From: Dethiobacter sp.
Lineage (GTDB): Bacteria > Bacillota > Dethiobacteria > DTU022 > UBA8154
Assembly: GCA_020725665.1 (NCBI GenBank)
Contig: DYEO01000028.1
Location: 718-64,717, forward strand
Length of the DNA stretch: 64,000 nucleotides
Direction of reading: 5' to 3'
The translations under genes were made by a program, and so were the position numbers. Of the stretch, positions 28,256 through 37,900 are shown piece after piece. Positions within the stretch are counted from its first letter, which is position 1, and each line of letters begins with the position of its first letter. The notes below the pieces were generated by a model, which worked only from the letters and a program-made list of their open reading frames with translations, did no database searches and was not told where the DNA came from.

Positions 28256-29017
28256 TTGACCGACGAACTGTGGCAAAAATATATGCAGACGCGGGATAAA
28301 GAAACAAGAGACGCACTGATCCAGGAATACCTTCCCCTGGTAAAACAGATTGCCGGGCGGCTTTCTCTCGGCCTGCCGCCGCAGGTTGAAGAAGAAGACC
28401 TGGTGGCCAGCGGCGTGATTGGCCTGCTGGAAGCACTTGAACGCTTTAATCCTGCCTATGATACGGGTTTTAAGACATTTGCCACCTGGCGTATTCGCGG
28501 GGCCATGCTTGATGAACTGCGCAAGCTAAGCTGGCCGCCCCGTTCCCTTTACAGGCGGTTGCGCGAGTTGCAGGGGGCTGAGCAGAAATTAGCCCATCAG
28601 CTGGGCCGGGAACCCTCCACCGCCGAACTGGCGACAGAATTGAAATGGTCGCCGGAAGCGGTAGAGCAGGTTTACAGCCAGATGAACAGTTATTCCCTGG
28701 TCTCCCTGGAGTCGCTCCTCTTTGCCCCGGCGGCCTCTGCCGAGGGTAAGGAAGAAGAACTCCTTCCCGCGGGGTCTTTCATTACACCGGAAGAAAATTT
28801 GGAACGGGAAGAACGGCGGGAAGTGCTGACCCAGGCCATCGCGGCGCTTGCGGAGCGGGAGAAACTTTTGCTGGCTCTTTATTACAAGGAGGAACTCACG
28901 CTCAAGGAGATCGGTATCGTGCTTGATGTTTCCACGGCCCGTGTATCCCAGCTGCATGCCAGGGCTTTGCGCAGCCTGCGGAACAGGTTGCACGCGGCCG
29001 GCTACATGGAGAAGTAA
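28256..29017 (+). CDS. fliA: RNA polymerase sigma-28 factor FliA/SigD
   Basis: Sigma-70 region 2 (DLVASGVIGLLEALERFNP), region 3 and a region 4 HTH (LTLKEIGIVLDVSTARVSQLHARAL). Confidence 0.92.
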   Translation: MTDELWQKYMQTRDKETRDALIQEYLPLVKQIAGRLSLGLPPQVEEEDLVASGVIGLLEALERFNPAYDTGFKTFATWRIRGAMLDELRKLSWPPRSLYRRLRELQGAEQKLAHQLGREPSTAELATELKWSPEAVEQVYSQMNSYSLVSLESLLFAPAASAEGKEEELLPAGSFITPEENLEREERREVLTQAIAALAEREKLLLALYYKEELTLKEIGIVLDVSTARVSQLHARALRSLRNRLHAAGYMEK

Positions 29018-29034
29018 CGGAGGAGGTTCTTCAA

Positions 29035-29502
29035 GTGGAGACGGCCATGCTCTTGCTGGGAATAGTGATCGGTTGTCTGGCCGGCCTGCTGTTAACCGGG
29101 TGGTTGTTCCGCCATGGAGGGGCGGTGGAACCTTTTTTTTTACGCCTGCTGCGGCAGGAAAACAAGGCTACGGCCCGCATTGATACACGCCTGATGCTCC
29201 ATGAACTGCTGCGCAAGGTGGAAGACCTTACGGTTAAAACCCAGCGGATGGACAGGGAACTGCAGGAACTTAAGGAGAACTCCCTGCGACTGGTGCAGCA
29301 GGCAAACGTTGATGTATCGGAGAAGACGCGTTCCTTTGCTCATGTTTACCGGCTTTTCCAGGAGGGGTTTACAGCGGAGGAGATTGCCTGCCGGCTCCAG
29401 TTGGGGCGGGGTGAAGTGGAGTTGCTCCTTTCCCTGGAAAGAAAGCCTCCCTGGGTAGTTTCGGCCGCCGGCAACTTAAATACTGTAAAAAAGCTTAAAT
29501 AA
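29035..29502 (+). CDS. hypothetical membrane-anchored protein, SwrB-like by position
   Basis: 155 aa with an N-terminal TM helix and a coiled-coil C-terminus. Lies immediately after fliA, as swrB lies after sigD in B. subtilis. Confidence 0.4.
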   Translation: METAMLLLGIVIGCLAGLLLTGWLFRHGGAVEPFFLRLLRQENKATARIDTRLMLHELLRKVEDLTVKTQRMDRELQELKENSLRLVQQANVDVSEKTRSFAHVYRLFQEGFTAEEIACRLQLGRGEVELLLSLERKPPWVVSAAGNLNTVKKLK

Positions 29503-29540
29503 GGAAACATAGCTGCCGATAAGTAATTAGGCACTCCGAC

Positions 29541-29565
29541 GGGCGGATATGGAATCCGCCCCTAC
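29541..29565. repeat. REP-like GC palindrome (GGGCGGAT-atgga-ATCCGCCCCTAC)
   Basis: 8-bp perfect stem plus CTAC tail. Confidence 0.6.
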
Positions 29566-29585
29566 ATGCCCTGAAAGGAGCCGTT

Positions 29586-30347
29586 ATGCGCGGATTATAT
29601 AACGCGGCTGGTTCCATGCTCGTTAACCAGGTTCGCCTGGAAAATATCAGCAATAACCTCTCCAACATCCATACCAACGGTTATAAAAGAAGTGAAGTTA
29701 TCGCCAGGACCTTCCCGGAAATTTATCTTTACCGTTTGGAGAAGGGTGCCCCGCATGCGAAGACGCGACTCCATGGTCCCATCGGCATTGCCGCCGAAAA
29801 TGTAGCCGTTGCAGAGACAGTAGTCATCCACCGCCCCGGGACCTTGAGGGAAACAGGCCGGGAACTGGACCTTGCCCTTCCAGATGCCGGTTTCTTTGTT
29901 GTGGAAACCCCGGCGGGTCTGCGTTATACGCGGGACGGCCATTTTCATTTGAGCGCGGATGGTATCCTCGTCAATGCCGGTGGTCATCCCGTATGGGGAG
30001 AAAGGGGGCCTGCTGTGCTGCAAACAGACCGTCCGCTCATAGACCGGCAGGGGAATATCTACGTGGATGGTGAACTGGTGGAAAGGTTGCAGGTCCTGGC
30101 CTTTGCCCCGCAGGATCTGATCTGGAAGGAAGGCTATAACCTTTACGAGGCTGCCCCCGATGCCCTGCCGGAGGTGCTGGAACATCCCTCCGTCTTCCAG
30201 GGTTACCTCGAAGAGGCCAACTCCGACCTGGGACGGCAGATGACGGAAATGCTCAGGGTACGCCGCAGCTATGAGGCTGCCCAAAAAATCTCCCAGGTTT
30301 ACGACCGCCTCCTCTCCCGCGCTGCCAACGAACTGGCAGGTCTCTAA
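29586..30347 (+). CDS. flgF: flagellar basal-body rod protein, FlgF/FlgG family
   Basis: Rod N-motif (NNLSNIHTNGYKR) and C-motif (LEEANSDLGRQMTEMLRVRRSYEAAQKI). Confidence 0.85.
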   Translation: MRGLYNAAGSMLVNQVRLENISNNLSNIHTNGYKRSEVIARTFPEIYLYRLEKGAPHAKTRLHGPIGIAAENVAVAETVVIHRPGTLRETGRELDLALPDAGFFVVETPAGLRYTRDGHFHLSADGILVNAGGHPVWGERGPAVLQTDRPLIDRQGNIYVDGELVERLQVLAFAPQDLIWKEGYNLYEAAPDALPEVLEHPSVFQGYLEEANSDLGRQMTEMLRVRRSYEAAQKISQVYDRLLSRAANELAGL

Positions 30348-30397
30348 GCGGTGATTGGCGCCCCACTTATTTACTTATTTGTATGGGAGGGTTTTGT

Positions 30398-31249
30398 GTG
30401 CTGAAAGCGATCTCCCAGAATTACAGCGGATTACGTGGATTTCAGCAGCTGCTTGATGTAACGGCACATAATATTGCCAACGTGAATACGGTGGCGTTTA
30501 AAGAAAAGCAGGTTTCCTTTTTTGAACTGACATACCGGGAACTGGCCGAAAGACGGTTACCCCATGCCGGAAATCCTCCAATGCCGCCGCAAAGCGGCCG
30601 TGGTACAGCCGTGTCCAGCATTGTTCTCTCCCGGGAACAGGGATCCCTTGCCTATACGGGGCGGAATTTGGATTTGGCTGTAGTGGGAGAAGGCTTTTTC
30701 CGCGTGGTCCGTCCCGACGGCAGTTATGCATACACGCGCAGCGGTAATTTCGCCCTCGATGCGGATGGTAACCTGACCATGCCGGGGGGTGTCCTCCTTG
30801 ATCCGCCTCTATACCTGCGGGAGCAGGAGGGCAGGATCGACTTCGGCACGCTGGCAATAACGCCCGCAGGCATTGTGCAGGCCGCCCCCCTGCGGACGGA
30901 AGCAGAAGACGATTTTTCTCCCTTTCCTCCCGGGGCAGAGGAAGAAACCCCTGCCGCCATTGTGGAGTTGGGGCAGTTATACCTTTATCAATTTATTAAT
31001 CCACAAAGCCTTTCTGCGGTTGGGGACAACTTGCTGCTTCCCTCCGCGGCGAGCGGCCCCCCCCTGGAAGGTCTTCCGGGCGAGGAAGGATATGGCGAGA
31101 TAAGGCATGGTTACCTGGAAAACGCAAATGTGGACCTGGCCCGGCAGATAACCACGCTCATGCGCGGGCAGCGGGCGTTGCAAGCCAACTCCCGGGCTAT
31201 GAGCATAGCGGACGAACTCTGGGCTCTTACCCTTAATCTGCAGTCGTAA
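30398..31249 (+). CDS. flgG: flagellar basal-body rod protein FlgG
   Basis: AHNIANVNTVAFK N-motif and LENANVDLARQITTLMRGQRALQANSRAM C-motif. GTG start 6 nt after GGGAGGG. Confidence 0.85.
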   Translation: MLKAISQNYSGLRGFQQLLDVTAHNIANVNTVAFKEKQVSFFELTYRELAERRLPHAGNPPMPPQSGRGTAVSSIVLSREQGSLAYTGRNLDLAVVGEGFFRVVRPDGSYAYTRSGNFALDADGNLTMPGGVLLDPPLYLREQEGRIDFGTLAITPAGIVQAAPLRTEAEDDFSPFPPGAEEETPAAIVELGQLYLYQFINPQSLSAVGDNLLLPSAASGPPLEGLPGEEGYGEIRHGYLENANVDLARQITTLMRGQRALQANSRAMSIADELWALTLNLQS

Positions 31250-31266
31250 CAAAAGTTTAGCGCCTA

Positions 31267-31337
31267 CGATTTTCGACTTTTGACTTTCGACATTCGACTT
31301 TATTCAGTCCCGACTTTCAACTTTTGACCTTTGACTT
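31267..31337. repeat. array of ~8 tandem TTTYGAC-like heptamers
   Basis: cgaTTTTCGACTTTTGACTTTCGACATTCGAC...CGACTTTCAACTTTTGACCTTTGACtt fills the 212-nt gap between flgG and fliM. Confidence 0.65.
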
Positions 31338-31461
31338 AAATCCCTGTCCAGTACAATTTTTCAGGGATTTTTGATTATTTATACTAAGGAGGAAAACTTC
31401 TTACTTTTGCATTCCTTTCTTTTGTGTTAAGATAAAGGCAGCCGGCATAAAACTGGAACAG

Positions 31462-32466
31462 GTGGAAACAATGGCCAAAGATATTTTATCCCAATCTGAA
31501 ATTGATTCTCTGATAACTGCATTAAGCAGCGGCACCGTTAAGCCTGTCGTAAAAGAAGAAGAGAAAAAAGATCACCGCAATTATGATTTTCGCCGCCCCA
31601 GCAAGTTTTCCAAGGAACAGATCCGCACATTACAGGTTATCCACGACAATTATTCCCGTATCCTCGGCAATTTTCTTGCGGCTTATTTGCGCGTACCGGT
31701 ACAGATTCAGCTTGTTTCCGTGAGCCAGGTAACTTATGAGGAGTTTATTTACTCCCTCCCTGTTCCCACCCTGGTTACTGTTTTTAATATGAACCCGGAA
31801 ATGGGCAGTGCCATGCTGGAGACCAACCCCTCGTTCGTCTTTCCCCTTATTGATCTTGTTTTTGGCGGCAGTGGTGAAGTTCCCAAGGATACCAGGGAAC
31901 TGACGGATATTGAGATAACAGTAATGCGTCAGATCAACGAAAAACTTTTAAATAGTCTGCGCTATGTATGGGAAGATATTACGACTTTAACACCCCGGGT
32001 GGAAAATATGGAGACAAATCCCCAGTTTAACCAGATGTTCGCCTCCACGGAGACAGTGGCGCTGCTCACCTTTTCCACACTAATAAAGAGGAACCAGGGT
32101 TTACTCAATCTCTGTTTTCCCTTTATTACGCTGGAAAAAATCATGCCCAAGCTGACAGCCCAGTTCTGGTTCAAACAGACTCCCCAGGAGCTGACCCGTT
32201 TCCATGAACTGCGTTTGTTCAGGCAGTTGGAGAAGGTGGAAGTGGATGTTAATGTAGTGTTGGGCAAAACAACGGTCACACTGGATGATTTTCTCGGCTT
32301 TGCCAAAGGTGATATTATTCCCCTGCACCGCATGGAAGGAGAAGATTTGGATATCTTTGTGGAGGGCGAGCTTTTATTTAAAGCCCAGCCGGGAGCCCTC
32401 GGGCAAAATTTAGCTGTTCAGGTCACCGGTTGGCATCTAGAGGAAGAGGGGGAAGAGAGTGCCTGA
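31462..32466 (+). CDS. fliM: flagellar motor switch protein FliM
   Basis: N-terminal LSQSEIDSLI (the CheY-P binding motif), middle CheC-like domain and C-terminal SpoA-like part. Confidence 0.93.
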   Translation: METMAKDILSQSEIDSLITALSSGTVKPVVKEEEKKDHRNYDFRRPSKFSKEQIRTLQVIHDNYSRILGNFLAAYLRVPVQIQLVSVSQVTYEEFIYSLPVPTLVTVFNMNPEMGSAMLETNPSFVFPLIDLVFGGSGEVPKDTRELTDIEITVMRQINEKLLNSLRYVWEDITTLTPRVENMETNPQFNQMFASTETVALLTFSTLIKRNQGLLNLCFPFITLEKIMPKLTAQFWFKQTPQELTRFHELRLFRQLEKVEVDVNVVLGKTTVTLDDFLGFAKGDIIPLHRMEGEDLDIFVEGELLFKAQPGALGQNLAVQVTGWHLEEEGEESA

Positions 32467-32845
32467 TAACTTCCTGAGCCAAGAGGAAATAGATGCTCTC
32501 CTCGGGGGCAAAAGTACGCCACCCTCCACCGGGGAAGAGATAACAGAACCGGAGCAACAACCTGCTGCCGCTGTTGGAGAAAAGACGCGCAACCTGGACC
32601 TGATCCTCGATTTCCCCCTGGTTCTTTCTGTACGCCTGGGGGAGGTTATGAAAAATCTGGAAGAAGTACGCCAAATCAGTCCCGGAACAGTAATTGAGCT
32701 TAACCGTATGATCAGTGATCCGGTTGATGTTTTTGTCAACGGTAAGCTAATAGCCCGTGGTGAAGTAATTGTTGTGGAAGAAAATTTTGGTATCAAGATT
32801 ACCCATATATATAATCCTTTGGAAAGGGTAAAGAGATTGAAATAA
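32459..32845 (+). CDS. fliN: flagellar motor switch protein FliN
   Basis: 128 aa with N-terminal LSQEEIDALL and a SpoA domain (LDLILDFPLVLSVRLGEVMKNLEEV...VFVNGKLIARGEVIVVEENFGIKI). Confidence 0.9.
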   Translation: MPDNFLSQEEIDALLGGKSTPPSTGEEITEPEQQPAAAVGEKTRNLDLILDFPLVLSVRLGEVMKNLEEVRQISPGTVIELNRMISDPVDVFVNGKLIARGEVIVVEENFGIKITHIYNPLERVKRLK

Positions 32846-32917
32846 CTTTTTTTGCAGGATTTTCAATTATAATGGCGAATATTGAAAAAAAAACCAACTT
32901 TACCCTAAGGTGTCTGT

Positions 32918-34720
32918 ATGACTGAGTTGATTTTAAAACCTCTGGAAAAAGAGATTATCCGGAAAATTGGCAACGCCTCTGTCAACGCCGTTCCCCAGGC
33001 GTTGGCTGCCTTTGTCAGAGGGGCTGTGCGTGTGCAAGCGCCGGACATACAGCTAAAAAGTATGGACAGCTTAACCGGCTTGGGCGAAAAGGGGCTGCTC
33101 GCCCGCATAGTGTTTCGTGAAGGATTAACGGGGCAGCAATACTTCTTCTTTCCCGGGGAAAGTGCAGCCCTGCTTGCCGCTTTACTGCTCGGGAAAGAGC
33201 CCCCTGCGGAACCTCCGGAAGAACCTGCAGAGATGGAAAAAAGTGCCTTGAGCGAGGCTGTGGGGATGATTATGGGGGTATATACCACATCCCTCTCCGG
33301 TTTTCTCAACAGCCAGATCGGGATCGATGCACCGCAAATCGAGTACATTTCCCCCGCTGAGAAGGATTTTAGTACTGACGGCTTGAGCGCCGCGGAAAAT
33401 TGGGTTGTACTGCGGTTTATCCTGGAAGTCGAGCCGGCTTATCAGGTAATTTTCTTGCAGTATATTCCCTATGCTTTTATGCGGGAGATGATTGCTCCCC
33501 TGCTACCGCCTCAGGCTGACGCTGCAAAAGAGGCAGCAGGAACGGATACGCCGTCCAGGGAGCAACAGGCTCTTTTGTCTGATCTGGGGGATTTGCCGGA
33601 GAAGGAAAAAGAGGACCTTAACATGCTGCAGAAGGATGCCCTGGCGGAGGTCGGCAACATTTCCCTGGGGGCATCGGCTACAGCCCTTGCCAAACTGTTG
33701 AACAGGAGAGTTCAGATCACCACGCCTGCTGTAACCCTGACCACAATGGCTGAGGTCCGTGCAAACTATCCCACGCCCTGCCTTGTGGTTACGGTAAATT
33801 ATAGCAAGGGACTTACAGGGCATAACATTCTTATTCTCAAAAGGGATGATGCCCTGGCGATTGTGGGAGTAATGATGGGCTTGGAACCGCCGGAACGCCT
33901 GCTTGAGTTGGGCGAAATGGAGATATCAGGTATCAGCGAGGCCATGAACCAGATGATGGGCTCTGCGGCCACGGCCATGTCCGATCTCTTTCAGCGAACC
34001 ATTGATATATCTCCACCCCACGTGGAGGTAAAGGATCTGCATGTGGAAAAGCTGGATATCGCTGAAATGGATGATGAGAACCTGGTGGTGCAGGTTGCCT
34101 TTCACATGGAAGTGGAAGCGCTCCTGGACAGCAAACTTTTACAACTTATTCCCCTGCCCTTTGCCCGGGGAATTTCTGATTACCTTCTCTCCAGCGTGGG
34201 TGCGGCAGAGCCTGAGGGGGAGGATATTGGGGAGGATGTTCTTGAAGATTTTAATTTTGGAGATATAAGTGTTGAAGATTTTTTGGAACGATCCGCTCCT
34301 GCTACAACTGAGGTTGTTGGCTTGGGGAAAGTTTTTGCGGGAGAAGAACAGGCCGAAGAAGCAGCAGCAGGTCTGTTCTCAGGCCTGGAAATGTTTACCC
34401 GTGCCCTTGCAGGTGACACAGCAGATAATCAGGATGCGAATCCCAATGCTTCCACCAAGGTTTGGCAGGATTACGAGTACTCCCGTATTGACATGATCCG
34501 GGATATCCCTGTAAATATCCATGTCCTACTGGGTAAGACGCGCTTGCCCCTGAAAAAAATTTTTTCTATACTCCCTGGTGAGGCCATTACCCTGGATCGT
34601 TACCTGGGGGAACCGGTCGATGTATTTGCCAATGACCGCCTCGTGGCCAAAGGGGAGGTGGTTATGGTTAACGGGCAGTTTGGCTTTAAAATTATTGATA
34701 TGATCCGTCCTCAACATTAA
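32918..34720 (+). CDS. fliY: flagellar motor switch phosphatase FliY (CheC-like domains plus FliN C-domain)
   Basis: 600 aa. Two CheC-like segments (EVGNISLGASATALAKLL...; ISEAMNQMMGSAATAMSDL...) and a C-terminal SpoA domain (IPVNIHVLLGKTRLPLKKIFSILPGEAITL...FGFKIIDMI). Confidence 0.85.
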   Translation: MTELILKPLEKEIIRKIGNASVNAVPQALAAFVRGAVRVQAPDIQLKSMDSLTGLGEKGLLARIVFREGLTGQQYFFFPGESAALLAALLLGKEPPAEPPEEPAEMEKSALSEAVGMIMGVYTTSLSGFLNSQIGIDAPQIEYISPAEKDFSTDGLSAAENWVVLRFILEVEPAYQVIFLQYIPYAFMREMIAPLLPPQADAAKEAAGTDTPSREQQALLSDLGDLPEKEKEDLNMLQKDALAEVGNISLGASATALAKLLNRRVQITTPAVTLTTMAEVRANYPTPCLVVTVNYSKGLTGHNILILKRDDALAIVGVMMGLEPPERLLELGEMEISGISEAMNQMMGSAATAMSDLFQRTIDISPPHVEVKDLHVEKLDIAEMDDENLVVQVAFHMEVEALLDSKLLQLIPLPFARGISDYLLSSVGAAEPEGEDIGEDVLEDFNFGDISVEDFLERSAPATTEVVGLGKVFAGEEQAEEAAAGLFSGLEMFTRALAGDTADNQDANPNASTKVWQDYEYSRIDMIRDIPVNIHVLLGKTRLPLKKIFSILPGEAITLDRYLGEPVDVFANDRLVAKGEVVMVNGQFGFKIIDMIRPQH

Positions 34721-34742
34721 AACGGCAAGAGGTGAGCTGGAG

Positions 34743-35228
34743 ATGATGGGCAAAAGTGAAAACGCGGAAGTTCAGATGGTGGCTTTCAAACTGGAAAAAG
34801 AAGAGTTTGCCGTTGCTATACAGCAGGTGCGCGAAGTCTTGAAGATGACCCAGGTAACCCCTCTCCCCCAATCAGCCCATTTTATTGAAGGTGTGATCAA
34901 CCTGCGCGGTGAGGTTATTCCTGTGGTGGACCTGCGCAAGCGTTTCGAATTGCCCCTGGGAAAGAGAAATGAGCAGACGCGCATTATTATTGTGGAGATA
35001 AAGAATAATGATGTGGGCCTGATTGTCGATTCGGTAACAGAAGTACTTCGTTTCTCTGCATCGGCTGTCCAGCCTCCCCCCACGCGTATTGCCGGCACCC
35101 GTACCGACCTGATCAAGGGTGTGGGCAAGCTGGATGAACGCCTGTTGATTATCCTGGACCTGGAAAAGATCCTTACTACGGAGGAAAAAATAGTTATGGA
35201 TGACATTACACTGGGCGATAAGGTTTAG
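34743..35228 (+). CDS. cheW: chemotaxis coupling protein CheW
   Basis: 161 aa CheW domain (FAVAIQQVREVLKMTQVTPLPQSAHFIEGVINLRGEVIPVVDLRKRF). Confidence 0.92.
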   Translation: MMGKSENAEVQMVAFKLEKEEFAVAIQQVREVLKMTQVTPLPQSAHFIEGVINLRGEVIPVVDLRKRFELPLGKRNEQTRIIIVEIKNNDVGLIVDSVTEVLRFSASAVQPPPTRIAGTRTDLIKGVGKLDERLLIILDLEKILTTEEKIVMDDITLGDKV

Positions 35229-35274
35229 CAGAAGTCCTCAGATAGTGTGCCTGCTATGGAAAGGAGTGGAAAAG

Positions 35275-37473
35275 ATGGAGCAGTACAGGGACCTCTTCCT
35301 GGCGGAGGCCCGGGATTACCTGCAGAGTATGACGGATCACCTGTTGGAGTTGGAGAAAGACCCTGCTGAAACGGGTCATCTGACGGAGATATTCCGCTCC
35401 GCCCACAGCCTCAAGGGGATGGCCGGCACCATGGGGTACGAGCTTATTTCCGCATTAACGCATGCAATGGAGACACTCCTTGACTCCCTGCGGGGAGGCA
35501 GCATTGAGGTTGAGACGAAGATGGTAAGCCTCCTGTTTGAAGCGGTTGATCTGGTACAGTTAATGGTGGACAACCTGGATAGGCAGGAAAATTATAGGGA
35601 CAATGTGGTGGAACTGGAGAAAAGACTCCTGGCGTGGCAGGGAAAGGAGAAAGAAAAAGCAAAGGCCGGTGATCTCCTTACCCCCGTAGATATACCTCAA
35701 ACTGAAATACAGCGTCCCGGCAAGCAGGAAGAGAAAAGCCAACCGTCGGATACTGTAAATATAACTGTAAATATAACTGAAGCATTTAATGAATATGAAA
35801 AGGAATTACTTAAAGATGTGGTTGCCAAAGGAGAATTTGTTTATCATGTTCATGTCTGGTTGAGGGAAGGCTCCCTCTTAAAATCGGTACGGGCTTACAT
35901 GGTGTTCAAAGCATTGGAGGGACAGTGTGAAATTGTTAAAACGGTTCCCTCCATGCAGGAACTGGATGAAGGCCTTTTTGATCGGGACTTTTATCTTATT
36001 GTTGCCGGCAGTCCTGCTCTGGATGAAATGCGTCGTTCCATCGAAGGAATTGCTGAAATTGAAAGAGTGCAGATCACCTCCCTGCAGGATCTGGTATTTG
36101 AGTTGGAAGTGGCCACGACGGACGCTGTTGCCTTACCGGTGGAAGAGCTGGATGCTACGTTGCCGCCAAATGATGCGCCTGCCAGGACTATAGCAAAGGA
36201 AATGGCGGGGTTGGCAGAATGCAGGGAAGAAGAAGCGGCGGCGCCGGAGACAAAAAAAGTTAACACAGCCTCCGTGACACGGGCTGCAGAGAAGACGGTA
36301 CGGGTGGAGACGGCCAAGCTGGATACCCTGGTAAACCTGGTAGGTGAATTGATCATTAACCGCACCCGCGTAGTCGAACTTGGGAAAAGAATGGATGACG
36401 AGCTGTTGCACGGTTCCCTGGAACACCTGGAACGTATCACCACCGACCTGCAGAGCGCGGTAATGACGCTGCGCATGGTGCCGATCAAGCAGGTCTTCGA
36501 TCGTTTTCCCCGTATGGTGCGCGACCTGAGTATTGAAAGGAACAAGGAAGTGGAACTGGTCATCTCCGGTGAAGAAACGGAACTGGATCGCACCATCGTC
36601 AACCAGGTGGGCGATCCCCTTGTGCACCTGCTGCGTAACGCAGTGGATCACGGTATCGAAACGCCGGAAGAACGGCGTCAGAAAGGCAAAAACCCGGTGG
36701 GCCGCATCGTTCTGGAAGCACATCACGAGGGAAGCCATGTTGTCGTCAGCGTTTCCGATGACGGCAGGGGCATCAACCCGGAGATCATCAAGGCAAAGGC
36801 CCTGGAGAAGGGGATGATCAGCCGCGAAGAAGTGGAAGAAATGACCACGGATGAGTTGACCCAAATAATCTTTCGCAGCGGATTTAGCACCTCCCGGGAG
36901 ATTACGGATGTTTCCGGCCGGGGCGTGGGCATGGATGTTGTGAAAGCGGGGGTAGAAGCGCTAAACGGTACCGTTGAGGTAAAAAGTGAAAAGGGCGGCG
37001 GCACGCATTTTGTCCTGCGCTTACCCCTGACCCTGGCGATTATCCGCACACTTATGGTAAAAGCGGGTAAAGAGATATATGCCATACCGATCGAGGCCAT
37101 CCGGGAGAATATCTTTGTGGAACCCCATGAGATCAAGACAATCAATCAGGTAAGGGTGATCACGTTGCGAGAGGAGGTCCTGCCGTTAAAAAGTTTAAAT
37201 GAGGCCTTGGGTATGGGTTCATTTGAGGAGGAGCAGGAGGTTTATCCGGTTGTAGTGGTTAGAGCCGGTAATAAAAAGGCCGGCCTTGTCGTGGATGAGC
37301 TGTTGGGCCAGCAGGAGATTGTGATTAAATCACTGAGCAGCTTTATTAGTGATATCAAGGGTATTGCCGGCGCCACCGTGCTGGGTGATGGCAGAGTGAC
37401 CCTGATCCTTGATGTGGCCAGTTTGCTTGAAGACGGGAGGGTAAGCATTGGCAAAAAAAGTTCTCATCACTGA
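35275..37473 (+). CDS. cheA: chemotaxis histidine kinase CheA
   Basis: P1 HPt with FRSAHSLKGMAG (His), dimerisation domain, HATPase (DDGRGINPE, GRGVGMDVV) and a C-terminal CheW-like domain. AAAGGAG SD precedes the ATG at 35275. Confidence 0.95.
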   Translation: MEQYRDLFLAEARDYLQSMTDHLLELEKDPAETGHLTEIFRSAHSLKGMAGTMGYELISALTHAMETLLDSLRGGSIEVETKMVSLLFEAVDLVQLMVDNLDRQENYRDNVVELEKRLLAWQGKEKEKAKAGDLLTPVDIPQTEIQRPGKQEEKSQPSDTVNITVNITEAFNEYEKELLKDVVAKGEFVYHVHVWLREGSLLKSVRAYMVFKALEGQCEIVKTVPSMQELDEGLFDRDFYLIVAGSPALDEMRRSIEGIAEIERVQITSLQDLVFELEVATTDAVALPVEELDATLPPNDAPARTIAKEMAGLAECREEEAAAPETKKVNTASVTRAAEKTVRVETAKLDTLVNLVGELIINRTRVVELGKRMDDELLHGSLEHLERITTDLQSAVMTLRMVPIKQVFDRFPRMVRDLSIERNKEVELVISGEETELDRTIVNQVGDPLVHLLRNAVDHGIETPEERRQKGKNPVGRIVLEAHHEGSHVVVSVSDDGRGINPEIIKAKALEKGMISREEVEEMTTDELTQIIFRSGFSTSREITDVSGRGVGMDVVKAGVEALNGTVEVKSEKGGGTHFVLRLPLTLAIIRTLMVKAGKEIYAIPIEAIRENIFVEPHEIKTINQVRVITLREEVLPLKSLNEALGMGSFEEEQEVYPVVVVRAGNKKAGLVVDELLGQQEIVIKSLSSFISDIKGIAGATVLGDGRVTLILDVASLLEDGRVSIGKKSSHH

Positions 37474-37816
37474 TGATACAGCGTTCATGCGCATGACCCT
37501 GCGTAACGTCCTGGAAAAAAACGGTTACGAAATAGCGGGTGAAGCAGAGGATGGCCAGCAGGCTGTGGACAAATATGGAATGATCAAGCCTGATCTGGTG
37601 ACGATGGATATCACTATGCCCAATATGGATGGTATTACGGCGATTAAGTTGATTATGAAGCAAGACCCGAACGCCAAGATTGTTGTTGTCAGTGCCATGG
37701 GTCAAAAAGCCCTTGTGATCGAGGCACTGAATTCCGGGGCAAAGGATTTTATTGTCAAGCCTTTTCAACCTGACCGCATTGTAGAAGCGCTGCAAAAAGT
37801 TTCAAGCACATCATAA
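37448..37816 (+). CDS. cheY: chemotaxis response regulator CheY
   Basis: 122 aa REC domain (VLITDDTAFMR, phospho-acceptor in VTMDITMPNMDG, KDFIVKPF). TTG start overlaps the cheA end. Confidence 0.92.
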   Translation: MAKKVLITDDTAFMRMTLRNVLEKNGYEIAGEAEDGQQAVDKYGMIKPDLVTMDITMPNMDGITAIKLIMKQDPNAKIVVVSAMGQKALVIEALNSGAKDFIVKPFQPDRIVEALQKVSSTS

Positions 37817-37820
37817 TAAT

Positions 37821-37880
37821 CGAATGTCAAAAGTCAAATGTCAAAAGAGAACAGTAAACCTTAGACCTTAGACCTTAGAC
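37821..37880. repeat. two tandem heptamer arrays: GTCAAAW-type x3 (rc of TTTTGAC) and CCTTAGA x3
   Basis: cgaATGTCAAAAGTCAAATGTCAAAAG ... CCTTAGACCTTAGACCTTAGAC in the 84-nt gap between cheY and cheC. Confidence 0.65.
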
Positions 37881-37900
37881 TTTGTGTAACATGCATTGAG

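Noticed and set aside
31267-31337. Interpreting the TTTYGAC/GTCGAAA heptamers as Spo0A 0A boxes
   Set aside because: Only one of several heptamer families resembles TGTCGAA. The strict 7-bp head-to-tail spacing is not the usual 0A-box arrangement, so I report them as repeats and do not assert binding sites.
36133-36864. 243-aa minus-strand ORF inside cheA
   Set aside because: Antisense to the CheA kinase core, with no RBS or homology features.
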